Program-made: the position numbers and the translations under genes
Assembly (NCBI GenBank): GCA_963669175.1
Contig: OY769902.1
Span: forward strand, 1,568,001 to 1,632,000
Source: a bacterium
GTDB taxonomy: Bacteria > Electryoneota > Electryoneia > Electryoneales > Electryoneaceae
DNA: 64,000 nucleotides
Reading direction: 5' to 3'
Part shown: positions 10,023 through 18,626 of the stretch, piece after piece
How positions within the stretch are numbered: position 1 is the stretch's first letter
How the letters are laid out: each line of letters opens with the position of its first letter
The notes under the pieces: model-generated
The model's database searches: none
What the model was told of the DNA's origin: nothing
Seen by the model: the letters and a program-made list of their open reading frames with translations, nothing else

Positions 10023-10985
10023 CTAATCCACATCCGGCAGAACCGCACGGAACCCGATGAAATAATAGATGTAATCCGGGCATAACAGGGTCCGGTTTGA
10101 AGCGCGCATATGAAACGCGTTGTTGCCCCAGCTTCCGCCACGCATGATGTGGAAATCTCCGGTTTCCGGGCCGGTAGGATCTACTGCTGCGGTTTCGGAA
10201 TACTCGCCGTACCAGTCATTGCAGTATTCGAACACATTGCCTGCCATATCATACAAGCCAAAGGCGTTGGGCTCTTTTCCTCCGACCGGTTGAGTGCCGA
10301 AAGCGTCAACTTCCGAGCCAAAGATGTAAGAATTGCCGTACCAGAAGGCATACGTGCCGACTTCTGCCGAATCCGCCGATGTTGCCGGATAGGGATCCAG
10401 ATCCTGGCCCCAGTATAAGTCAGTGGTTGTCCCGGCACGGTAGGCATATTCCCATTCCGCTTCGGTGGGCAGGCGATAACCGGAAAGGGTGTAATCACAA
10501 ACGAGATCAGATAGTTCGCATGAGCTTCCCGGTGTGCCGGTAATCCCGCTGTAGGAATAAACTTCATCCAGACCATCACGCTGACTCCGGGCGTTGCAAT
10601 ACAGAACGGCATCTCCCCACGAGAGGTTGTAAGCGGGGGTGTCGTCACCGACACCGTAAGGTTCATGCCAGTCCGGGGCGATGTAGTCGGAATAAGCTTC
10701 AGTCATCAATTCTGTGAAATCGGCCTGGGTGACTTCAGTGGTATCCATCCAGAAATCACAGGTAAAACTGACTGCATGAACAGGAGCCTCGTCCGGCATT
10801 CCACTCTCAGCGCCCATATCAAAGCTGTTTCCTGACGAATTGATGAGCACCATCCCATCAGGGGTAAAGGTGGATGGAGTAACTCCATTTGAATCATCGT
10901 CGTCATCATCTGAACAGGAAACTACGAGAGCCAGCATGCTTACCAGCACGGTGAGAATGACCATGAAACGCGAAATCGTTTTCAC
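10023..10985 (-). CDS. SUMF1/EgtB/PvdO (FGE-sulfatase domain) lipoprotein
   Basis: Lipobox VVSC; FDMG, TEVT, YRLPTEAEWEYA, NAFGLYDMAGNVFE, RGGSW, GFR. Confidence 0.9.
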   Translation of the reverse strand: MKTISRFMVILTVLVSMLALVVSCSDDDDDDSNGVTPSTFTPDGMVLINSSGNSFDMGAESGMPDEAPVHAVSFTCDFWMDTTEVTQADFTELMTEAYSDYIAPDWHEPYGVGDDTPAYNLSWGDAVLYCNARSQRDGLDEVYSYSGITGTPGSSCELSDLVCDYTLSGYRLPTEAEWEYAYRAGTTTDLYWGQDLDPYPATSADSAEVGTYAFWYGNSYIFGSEVDAFGTQPVGGKEPNAFGLYDMAGNVFEYCNDWYGEYSETAAVDPTGPETGDFHIMRGGSWGNNAFHMRASNRTLLCPDYIYYFIGFRAVLPDVD

Positions 10986-11058
10986 TTCGAACCTCCATCA
11001 TCGAAAAGCTGACAGGCTTCACAGGCGCCTGTTTCGAAGTAGCTTTTTCTGTGGCAGC

Positions 11059-13137
11059 CTATTTGACCAGGGTAATCTTCTGAGTAGAATAGGTCTGGTT
11101 GCACTGGAACATGACCAGGTATATCCCTGACGCGACATGGTTGCCACCGTTATCCAGTCCCTGCCATGTAATCTGGTGGCTACCGGCAGACAGATGATCG
11201 TGAACCAGGATAGCAACCTGCTGGCCCATCACGTTATAAACGCTGATCTTGACCAGATCGGGAGAAGCTAACTCGTACTGTATGGAAACTGTAGAGTTGA
11301 ACGGGTTGGGATAACAATCCCGCAAGGCGTTCTCGGCAGGCAGCGCTTTTGTTTCCATGGTTACCTCGCTGTTGTCCCAGTAGTTCTCTGCAGCAAACGT
11401 GGGAGTCATCAGGCAGAAATCGCCTGTACCGTTAGGGTAGCGGCCAGTGCTCACATCTGCTGAAGGTGACACGTATGTCAGGTTATCCAACATGCTCTCA
11501 TCGGGGGCAAACAGGTAGAGCAAGCCGCTCATGGTTGGCATTTCGAAGTTGGTATGGAGGCCTTCCTGTTCTTCATCACCATCCAGCCATACAATCAAAT
11601 ATTCACCTGCTCCAATCGTCGTATCCGGGAAGGTCCACATGTCGGGATCATTCGTAGAGGTAGACAATGCGAAGTAGGACAAACTGTACTCTTCATCACC
11701 ATTGTTATACAATTCAACCCAGGGATCCGCTTCACCATCCTGGTCAGTGACAGTTTCTTCATTGATGACGAGGATTTCGTTCATCACGATTTCCCCATCG
11801 TCAATCGGGTTCAGGCTATACACACCGGGGTGGTTAAAGCCGTAGCGTAATGCGCGGACGATTTCAGTATGATAATCGTAGCTCCACTGCGTAGTACCGG
11901 CTTCATCAACTTCGAAGATATACCCGCTGGTTGACTCCACGATCAGAGTGTTGCCGTTGGGCAGTCTCTGGCATCCGCCAAGGTGCTGGGAATAAAATCC
12001 GTTGGAAGCGTAGGTCCAGGTCGGATCTGAAGGGCCAAATGGTTGTCCGGCAGTCCGAGTATAGTTGCCTTCATCATCCATGGGCGGGATGATCTCAACA
12101 ACGTGAGAAGCGTGTGTTCCTTCACGATTGTTGAACGCCATAATATGTCCGGCGCCGGGAAGCCCGGACGGAATCCAGACGGAACAGTGGACCACATTAA
12201 ACACCTGCGTGCCGTTAGCATCGTAGTTTGTCGGCCTGCCCCAACGATACAGGATATCGCCACCCATACCGCTGTTTCCGCCGGAATGGCTGGCGGCTTC
12301 TTCTGTAGTAGTGCTGTGGTCGATAACATAGATCTCATCCAGGTTATGCGATGAAATCACGATCTGGTCCAGGTCGGGGTTGTAACTGATGCCGTTGACA
12401 TGCATCCAGTCGCCGCCCATGGCGCCACCTGCTCCGCTCATGTTGATGTCGAGCAGTTCAGGATGGTCCGCGACGGTCCCGTAATTATCACGAGACTGGT
12501 CATAGTCCTGCACCAGGTGGTCCCAGGCATGCCATTCCCACACAATGGTGCCGTCATCGTCGCCGTCAGGTTCGACTTCAATAACGTGATCAGGCCACAA
12601 AGCCACATTCCGTGAGTATCCAGCCTGACGTGTTTCGGTTATGCTTTTGTATTCCCACGCTATCATCAGCACATTGCCATTGGGCATGGGCTCAATATCA
12701 TGGTGGGACATGTAGCTGTTGCTGCTATAGGTAAACTGCCAGACAAGGTCGCCATCCCAGTCCAGTTCCTGTACCATGCCCTGACCACCGCCACCACCGA
12801 AAATATTGTTGTTGACCTGGCCGGTACGAAGCAGGTTACCGCTATCTTTCAGGTACATGGAATAGCCACCGGACACATTGTGTGCCCAGGTGTGTACCGT
12901 ATTGTTATCTTCATCAATCAGGTAGGTTGTCCTGGAGTTGTTCGGGGTAAATAACGTATACCCCGGGTAGGGATCTGCGATAAGCAGTGCAGGGATGACC
13001 ATACTGGTCAGCAGAAATATCATGAGTACAACTGTCATGCGCGCATGGATGGGACTTGGCCGCTCCCAAACAGACGCACATAAGGGGACTGACGGCAATT
13101 GTTCTTGCCAGACCGTGTGCCTGGTCAATTTCTTCAT
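11059..13137 (-). CDS. Aryl-sulfate sulfotransferase with lamin-tail domain and FlgD/T9SS-like CTD
   Basis: GYTLF, HHDIEPMPNGN, DWMHVNG, IDHSTTT, GDILYRWG, QRLPNGNTLI; LTD (MNEIL..PWVELYN); CYPNPFN. Start placed at ATG 13137 after gagg. Confidence 0.85.
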   Translation of the reverse strand: MKKLTRHTVWQEQLPSVPLCASVWERPSPIHARMTVVLMIFLLTSMVIPALLIADPYPGYTLFTPNNSRTTYLIDEDNNTVHTWAHNVSGGYSMYLKDSGNLLRTGQVNNNIFGGGGGQGMVQELDWDGDLVWQFTYSSNSYMSHHDIEPMPNGNVLMIAWEYKSITETRQAGYSRNVALWPDHVIEVEPDGDDDGTIVWEWHAWDHLVQDYDQSRDNYGTVADHPELLDINMSGAGGAMGGDWMHVNGISYNPDLDQIVISSHNLDEIYVIDHSTTTEEAASHSGGNSGMGGDILYRWGRPTNYDANGTQVFNVVHCSVWIPSGLPGAGHIMAFNNREGTHASHVVEIIPPMDDEGNYTRTAGQPFGPSDPTWTYASNGFYSQHLGGCQRLPNGNTLIVESTSGYIFEVDEAGTTQWSYDYHTEIVRALRYGFNHPGVYSLNPIDDGEIVMNEILVINEETVTDQDGEADPWVELYNNGDEEYSLSYFALSTSTNDPDMWTFPDTTIGAGEYLIVWLDGDEEQEGLHTNFEMPTMSGLLYLFAPDESMLDNLTYVSPSADVSTGRYPNGTGDFCLMTPTFAAENYWDNSEVTMETKALPAENALRDCYPNPFNSTVSIQYELASPDLVKISVYNVMGQQVAILVHDHLSAGSHQITWQGLDNGGNHVASGIYLVMFQCNQTYSTQKITLVK

Positions 13138-13439
13138 GGTGTCCTCGTACTGGTATGAACCCAACTGTAGCCTTTTAACTCTTGCCGACCTATCTGAATT
13201 TGCGATATACAAGTCTTATTACAGACATACTTGATACAATGACGCTTGTCGGTTTGCAGGGTTTAACAAATGCCTAACAATTGTAAACGGTGCTCTCAGT
13301 ATAGACTGCTAATACGTAAGTTTTTCAGATTCTTCCAGTTATGCATACTCCAGTATGAGAATCAGGATATTGTCGCTTTCATAGATAGACGTCATACAAT
13401 GCGCCAACGAACGGTTTTCTGGATGATGAGAAAAGAGGA

Positions 13440-13575
13440 TGTAGAAAAAGGGGACCGCCTCCTTTCCCAGAGATTAACTTGTCCCGTTGTGTTCATGGTT
13501 CAGGAAATGTGGCTGTACCCTTTTTCAAGAGAGAAGGCAGGAATCTCACGGAAAAGGATTCCATCCCCTTTTCGT
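13440..13575 (-). repeat. Family A palindromic element, three-unit inverted copy
   Basis: gaaaaaggggaccgcctcctttccc...gtggctgtaccctttttcaagagagaaggcagg...ggaaaaggattccatccccttttc. Confidence 0.75.
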
Positions 13576-13781
13576 GGCGCTATACCAAATCTATCACAAT
13601 AACGAGATAAAATCGAGAATAACGATATTGCTATAACCTTTAGCGCTACTTGAAGTATTTTTACATGTTGTCTCCGGAAAACCTAAAGAAGCGCTGAAGA
13701 CAAGCCGATAAGAGAGAGCGAGTGGAAAAGCTCTGTATAGTGATGGGGAAAGGTTTTCAGGCAACCAACACGTTGGGAAAC

Positions 13782-14792
13782 ATGGTTTACAATCGTTTAG
13801 CCATTCTATTTTTCCTGTTGGTCCTTTCCGGGACCGTCCTGGCAGGTAACAAACCGCAGGTGGACGCCTATGGCCAGGCATACTCTGCGGAAGAATGGGT
13901 AAAACGTGGCTCCGAATTAACCGACCCGGTTGAGATGCTTGAGTGTTTTAACATTGCAATTTCCATGGAGCCGGAGTGGGCGACTCCGTATTATTATCGT
14001 GGACAGGTCTATGAACACCTGGGGTATCACCGTCTGGCGAGACGCGACTATACCTTTGCTATTCGCCTGAACCCTATGATCGGGGTGATGTTCAACCTGG
14101 AAGCGATCCGCAACTACAGCCTTCTCATCGAGATGAATCCTGAGTTTTACGGGGCTTACCTGGGGCGTGGTGTTGCCTGGTTCCAGCTTGCCGAGTTTGA
14201 CAGCGCCCTGGCGGATTTTAACAAGATGATCGAACTGTATCCGGAGGATCAGGATTTCTACTATTTCCGTGCGATTGTCAAAGCGGAGATGGGAAATTTC
14301 GAGGATTCGATCGAGGATTTCACCCGTGTAGTGGAGATGAGTGAAGATCCTGTGGATGCCCTGGTTAATCGTGGGAACTGCTACAGCGATCTGGGGCAGT
14401 ACCTGCGTGCGATTGAGGACTACTCACTGGCCATTGCCAAGTCGCCCAATGATGCGGACATCTACTATAACCGTGGCGCGACCTATTCCGATATGGGCAA
14501 TCTGCCTTTGGCGATTGAAGACTTTTCAACCGCCATCGAAAAGAATTACAGCATGGTCTTCGCCTATTTTGACCGTGGCCTGGCCTATATCGAACTGGGT
14601 GAAATGGAGAAGGGGCGTCACGATTTACAGGTGGCCAAGCAGTTGGGTTACCCCGGCGCGGAAATGGTGCTGGACAGCCTGCCCGCCAGATCCTCAGACG
14701 GCAATGACGAGCCAATCGAACTGGATCAGGATGAACGGTTCAGGCCGATGAAATTGCAACTCCTGCCGGGATATGTTGGTACCGGGGAGTGA
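13782..14792 (+). CDS. Exported tetratricopeptide repeat protein
   Basis: Signal peptide from MVYNRLAIL; multiple TPR motifs (YYYRG, AYLGRG, LVNRG, YYNRG, YFDRG). Confidence 0.9.
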   Translation: MVYNRLAILFFLLVLSGTVLAGNKPQVDAYGQAYSAEEWVKRGSELTDPVEMLECFNIAISMEPEWATPYYYRGQVYEHLGYHRLARRDYTFAIRLNPMIGVMFNLEAIRNYSLLIEMNPEFYGAYLGRGVAWFQLAEFDSALADFNKMIELYPEDQDFYYFRAIVKAEMGNFEDSIEDFTRVVEMSEDPVDALVNRGNCYSDLGQYLRAIEDYSLAIAKSPNDADIYYNRGATYSDMGNLPLAIEDFSTAIEKNYSMVFAYFDRGLAYIELGEMEKGRHDLQVAKQLGYPGAEMVLDSLPARSSDGNDEPIELDQDERFRPMKLQLLPGYVGTGE

Positions 14793-14804
14793 TAGAAGTA
14801 AAAA

Positions 14805-15568
14805 AAAGTAAAGAAGGTAAAAAAGGTAAAGAAAGTGAAGAGTTATAAAGAAGTTGTAAAATGGTTGTATAGATACATTTAATAGCCATATATATATTGA
14901 TATGCAAAGTTGTGGCAGGTCTTGACGCGACATTCCGTTTTCGGCTTTCGCAATGTATTTCTGAGTGCACATGATACTGAAACCACCTCTCGTCCTGTTA
15001 TTGTCGCGTTGTGACCTGCCACCGGTATCAACACTCTCGCTGTCGTCAGGTCACAACGTGATGCCTGATGATGATCTATCATGCGAAATAGCAGCTGTGA
15101 ATTCGGACAGGTGTCTGAAATTGCGGAGAAGAACAAGAAAAAGGCATCACGTCAAGACCTGACGAAACGTGCTCGTCGATAATATGCACATATTCTTTTG
15201 AGCAGCCAAAGTAAAGAAGTTAAAAAAGGTAAAGAAGGTGAAGGGTTATAAAGAAGTTGTAAAATGGTTGTATAGATACATTTAATAGCCATATATATAT
15301 TGATATGCAAAGTTGTGGCAGGTCTTGACGCGACATTCCGTTTTCGGCTTTCGCAATGTATTTCTGAGTGCACATGATACTGAAACCACCTCTCGTCCTG
15401 TTATTGTCGCGTTGTGACCTGCCACCGGTATCAGCACTCTCGCTGTCGTCAGGTCACAACGTGATGCCTGATGATGATCTATCATGCGAAATAGCAGCTG
15501 TGAATTCGGACAGGTGTCTGAAATTGCGGAGAAGAACAAGAAAAAGGCATCACGTCAAGACCTGACGA
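14805..15568 (+). repeat. Tandem duplication (period 403 bp) of a BIME-like family B element with an AT/purine-rich leader
   Basis: 14805-15207 is repeated at 15208-15568 almost identically. The core 14909-15165 has two inverted-repeat pairs; a third copy lies at 61076-61375. Confidence 0.9.
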
Positions 15569-15608
15569 CAACGTGTATTGATATAATGCGTCAATATGGG
15601 TAAATTGT

Positions 15609-15666
15609 CCTAATTCCTAATTCCTAATTCCTAATTCCTAATTCCTAATTCCTAATTCCTAATTCC
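15609..15666. repeat. Heptamer tandem repeat (CCTAATT)8
   Basis: Eight perfect copies read directly. Confidence 0.95.
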
Positions 15667-15809
15667 AAGGTTTCCTCCGTTCCCTCGCAAAACCAGCATC
15701 TGTGTGTGAATTGGTCTACTGAAAAATTCAGGAAATCGGTCCTTTCGCCCATCCAAAATTCTCTCTAGCTTACCTTTCAACAAGCGAAACAGTGAAAGGC
15801 AGCGATCCC

Positions 15810-17282
15810 ATGTTTCTAATGACCGTTGAAAAGGACACTGGCATTCCGGCTTACCAGCAGATTATCAGTGAAATCGTATCACGGGTCGAAAACGGACGTT
15901 TGCAAGCGGGTGAACAGATGCCGTCATCGCGCACACTTGCTTCCAAGCTTGGTGTGCATCGTTCTACCGTATTTCGCGCCTACCAGGAATTACTCGCGTT
16001 GGGGTATATCGAAAGTAAACCGGGAACGTACACGACTATCCGGGACCGTAAACGCCTGGTCGGCGAGAATGAACGTCCGGAAAAGGGGCTGATCGACTGG
16101 GATTCTGCGGTGTCTACTGGCGCTCGTATTGTCTATGACATCTACACCGATTCCAATGTCGATCCGGAACCTGTCGGCGATTCGGATACCATAGCCCTGT
16201 CACGTCTGACCCCGGACCCACGGCTTTTCCCTGTGGAGACGTTTCGCAAGTGCCTGAACCGTGCCATGGTCAACCAGCAACATAAGCTGTTGCTGTACGG
16301 GGATCGTCAGGGATGGAAACCCCTAAGGAAATACATCGCATCTCGCATGAGCCAGCATGGTGTGGTGGTTGATCCTGATGAAGTGCTGATTACCAGCGGT
16401 TCTCAGCAGGCTTTGGATCTCATTTTCAAGCTGTTGATTGAACCGGGAAACGGCGTTGTGATTGAAGCGCCGACCTATGCGCATGTCATTCCGCTTATGC
16501 GTTTTTACCAGGCAGATCTTCGTCCTGTGCCCATGACCCCGGAGGGGATGGACCTGGAAACACTGGAAAGACAACTTGAAAGTCAGCGGCCCTCGTTCAT
16601 TTATACCATCCCGAATTTCCAGAATCCTACCGGGATTACTTCCAGCCAGGAGAATCGTGAACGTCTGCTGCATCTCGCGGAGGAACACCGTGTCCCGATC
16701 CTGGAAGATGGTTTTGATGAGGAGATGAAGTATTTCGGCAAAACAGTTCTTCCCATCAAGTCCATGGACCGGAAACAGGCGGTTGTATATATGGGCACCT
16801 TTTCAAAGGTGTTGTTCCCGGGGGTGCGTATCGGCTGGATAATCGCGGATCGCGAGTGTATCGAACGGTTGGTTGCGATCAGGCGGTATTCGGACCTGGC
16901 TGGTGTAATGGCGATACAGGCCGGGTTGGAAGACTTCTGCCGCAACGGGTATTACGATCTGCATATCAAACGCATGCACAGGGCGTTTCGCAAAAGGATG
17001 CAGACAGCGTTGGACAGCCTGAAGGTGTATCTGCCGGATGGCTACACCTGGACAACCCCGGATGGCGGTTACCTGCTGTGGGTGACCATGCCGCAACCAT
17101 ACCAGGATCAGAAGAGGTTCACCTCACACTTGATGAAACATGGTGTGACGGTGTCACCCGGTGAGTATCACTATTTCAGCGAACCGAGCAAAAGCAATTT
17201 CCGGATCTCAATCGCTTACCTGGATGAGGACCAGATCGCGGAAGGTATTAAACGACTGGGGAAGGCGCTGGCTACGCTTTGA
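15810..17282 (+). CDS. MocR/GntR-family transcriptional regulator with PLP-dependent aminotransferase domain
   Basis: GntR wHTH (PSSRTLASKLGVHRSTV..AY), ITSGSQQAL, NFQNPTG, GTFSKVLFPGVRIGW. Confidence 0.92.
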   Translation: MFLMTVEKDTGIPAYQQIISEIVSRVENGRLQAGEQMPSSRTLASKLGVHRSTVFRAYQELLALGYIESKPGTYTTIRDRKRLVGENERPEKGLIDWDSAVSTGARIVYDIYTDSNVDPEPVGDSDTIALSRLTPDPRLFPVETFRKCLNRAMVNQQHKLLLYGDRQGWKPLRKYIASRMSQHGVVVDPDEVLITSGSQQALDLIFKLLIEPGNGVVIEAPTYAHVIPLMRFYQADLRPVPMTPEGMDLETLERQLESQRPSFIYTIPNFQNPTGITSSQENRERLLHLAEEHRVPILEDGFDEEMKYFGKTVLPIKSMDRKQAVVYMGTFSKVLFPGVRIGWIIADRECIERLVAIRRYSDLAGVMAIQAGLEDFCRNGYYDLHIKRMHRAFRKRMQTALDSLKVYLPDGYTWTTPDGGYLLWVTMPQPYQDQKRFTSHLMKHGVTVSPGEYHYFSEPSKSNFRISIAYLDEDQIAEGIKRLGKALATL

Positions 17283-17414
17283 AACTGGTAGCGGAATCCA
17301 GGACAATATAGACTGTACGATTTACCAAAACGTCATTTAGCCAAGGTACAAATCTTCTCACTACGTGTTACCTGAGGAGATTTCTGCCTTCCCAATTGTC
17401 TCAGAATCATTGAT

Positions 17415-17740
17415 GCTCTCATCCCAGCGAAGCAGACTGTATCAGAATGTCCGATAGTATCATTCCTTCGAAGGAAGGAATCCAGTCATGATGCGATATT
17501 ACAATAAGTTAAGCATTCTCAAGTGACGCGGTACATTGAGAGCTGTTTAAGTGTCCAACTTGTTATTATGTCGATACTTGCCTGGATCCCAGCCTTCGCT
17601 TGGATGAGAGTCTTCGCTATTTTGATACAGTCTGCTTCGCTGGGATGAGAGTGTTGTTTATTCTGATACAGTCTGCTTTGTTTACGGCTGTGTTTCCCCC
17701 CTCCCCGCAAGCTTCGCTTCGGTTCGCTGGGGATGAGATG
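17415..17740. repeat. Cluster of inverted REP-like palindromes
   Basis: ctctcatcccagcgaagcagactgtatca (~17417) is inverted as tgatacagtctgcttcgctgggatgagag (~17622); also attccttcgaaggaaggaatccag and ctggatcccagccttcgcttggatgag. Confidence 0.75.
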
Positions 17741-17789
17741 TGGATGTATGGCAGGTACGGATTGAGTTATTGCCTGAAGGGAGGCAACC

Positions 17790-18617
17790 ATGATAAATGC
17801 GGGATTTGAAACGAACACAGAAACTCAGCAAACGGTCCGCACAGATGCAATGCGGAAGAAGTTAATGAAACTGCAAAAAGGGATTGTATACGGACCGGTA
17901 AACTCGCGTCGTCTCGGCAGGTCACTGGGAATCAATGTCCTTCCTACTCAGGCGAAAGTGTGCAGTTTCAATTGTCTCTACTGTCAATACGGTTTTACCA
18001 AGGCGCAGGGTGTGCGACTTCTCGATAGTGTGCAATTTCCGGCTGTTTCTCATATCCTGAACGCGGTTGAAACAAAGCTGGTGGAGATGGAAAATCCACC
18101 GGATTACCTGACCTTCTCCGGTCATGGCGAGGCTACGCTTCATCCTCATTTCGATGAACTGGTTGATGGCATAACTGAACTCCGAGACAAGTACGCTCCC
18201 GATGCGAAAACGGCTATTCTGTCTAATGCCTCAACCGTTAGCGATGCACGTATCCGTAGGATACTAAGCAGGCTGGATGAAGCGATTCTCAAGCTGGATG
18301 CCGGGAGTGAAAGTGTTTTTCAGAGGTACAACCAGCCCGTCATTCCCTTGCATATTTCAGAGATTGTGGAGGGATTGAGAATGATGGACAGGGTGATTCT
18401 CCAGTCGCTGTTTGCGGATGGCGAACGTGGCAACCTGAAACTGAAGCATATCATCCGCTGGCTGCGACAGGTAGAAGCAATTCAACCTGAAAAGGTGCAG
18501 TTGTACACGCTGGATCGTGCTTATCCATCGAGGCTGATCGTTCCGGCAGCACGCGAGCACATGGCCGAAATCGCGGAACAACTTGGAAAAATGGGGATAA
18601 CAGCGCTGGTTTACTAA
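17790..18617 (+). CDS. Radical SAM protein (TYW1-like Fe-S oxidoreductase group)
   Basis: YGPVNSRRLGRSLGIN; CSFNCLYC; FSGHGEATL; KLDAG; RBS ggagg. Confidence 0.9.
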   Translation: MINAGFETNTETQQTVRTDAMRKKLMKLQKGIVYGPVNSRRLGRSLGINVLPTQAKVCSFNCLYCQYGFTKAQGVRLLDSVQFPAVSHILNAVETKLVEMENPPDYLTFSGHGEATLHPHFDELVDGITELRDKYAPDAKTAILSNASTVSDARIRRILSRLDEAILKLDAGSESVFQRYNQPVIPLHISEIVEGLRMMDRVILQSLFADGERGNLKLKHIIRWLRQVEAIQPEKVQLYTLDRAYPSRLIVPAAREHMAEIAEQLGKMGITALVY

Positions 18618-18626
18618 TAACAGATA

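Noticed and set aside
10023-10150. Diversity-generating retroelement target (FGE/CLec C-terminus)
   Set aside because: No template repeat or reverse transcriptase was seen in the window; a remote one cannot be excluded.
14740-15565. Short repeated ORFs (MILKPPLVLL..., MFFSAISD...)
   Set aside because: They are translations of the family B repeat, with no RBS or domain signal.
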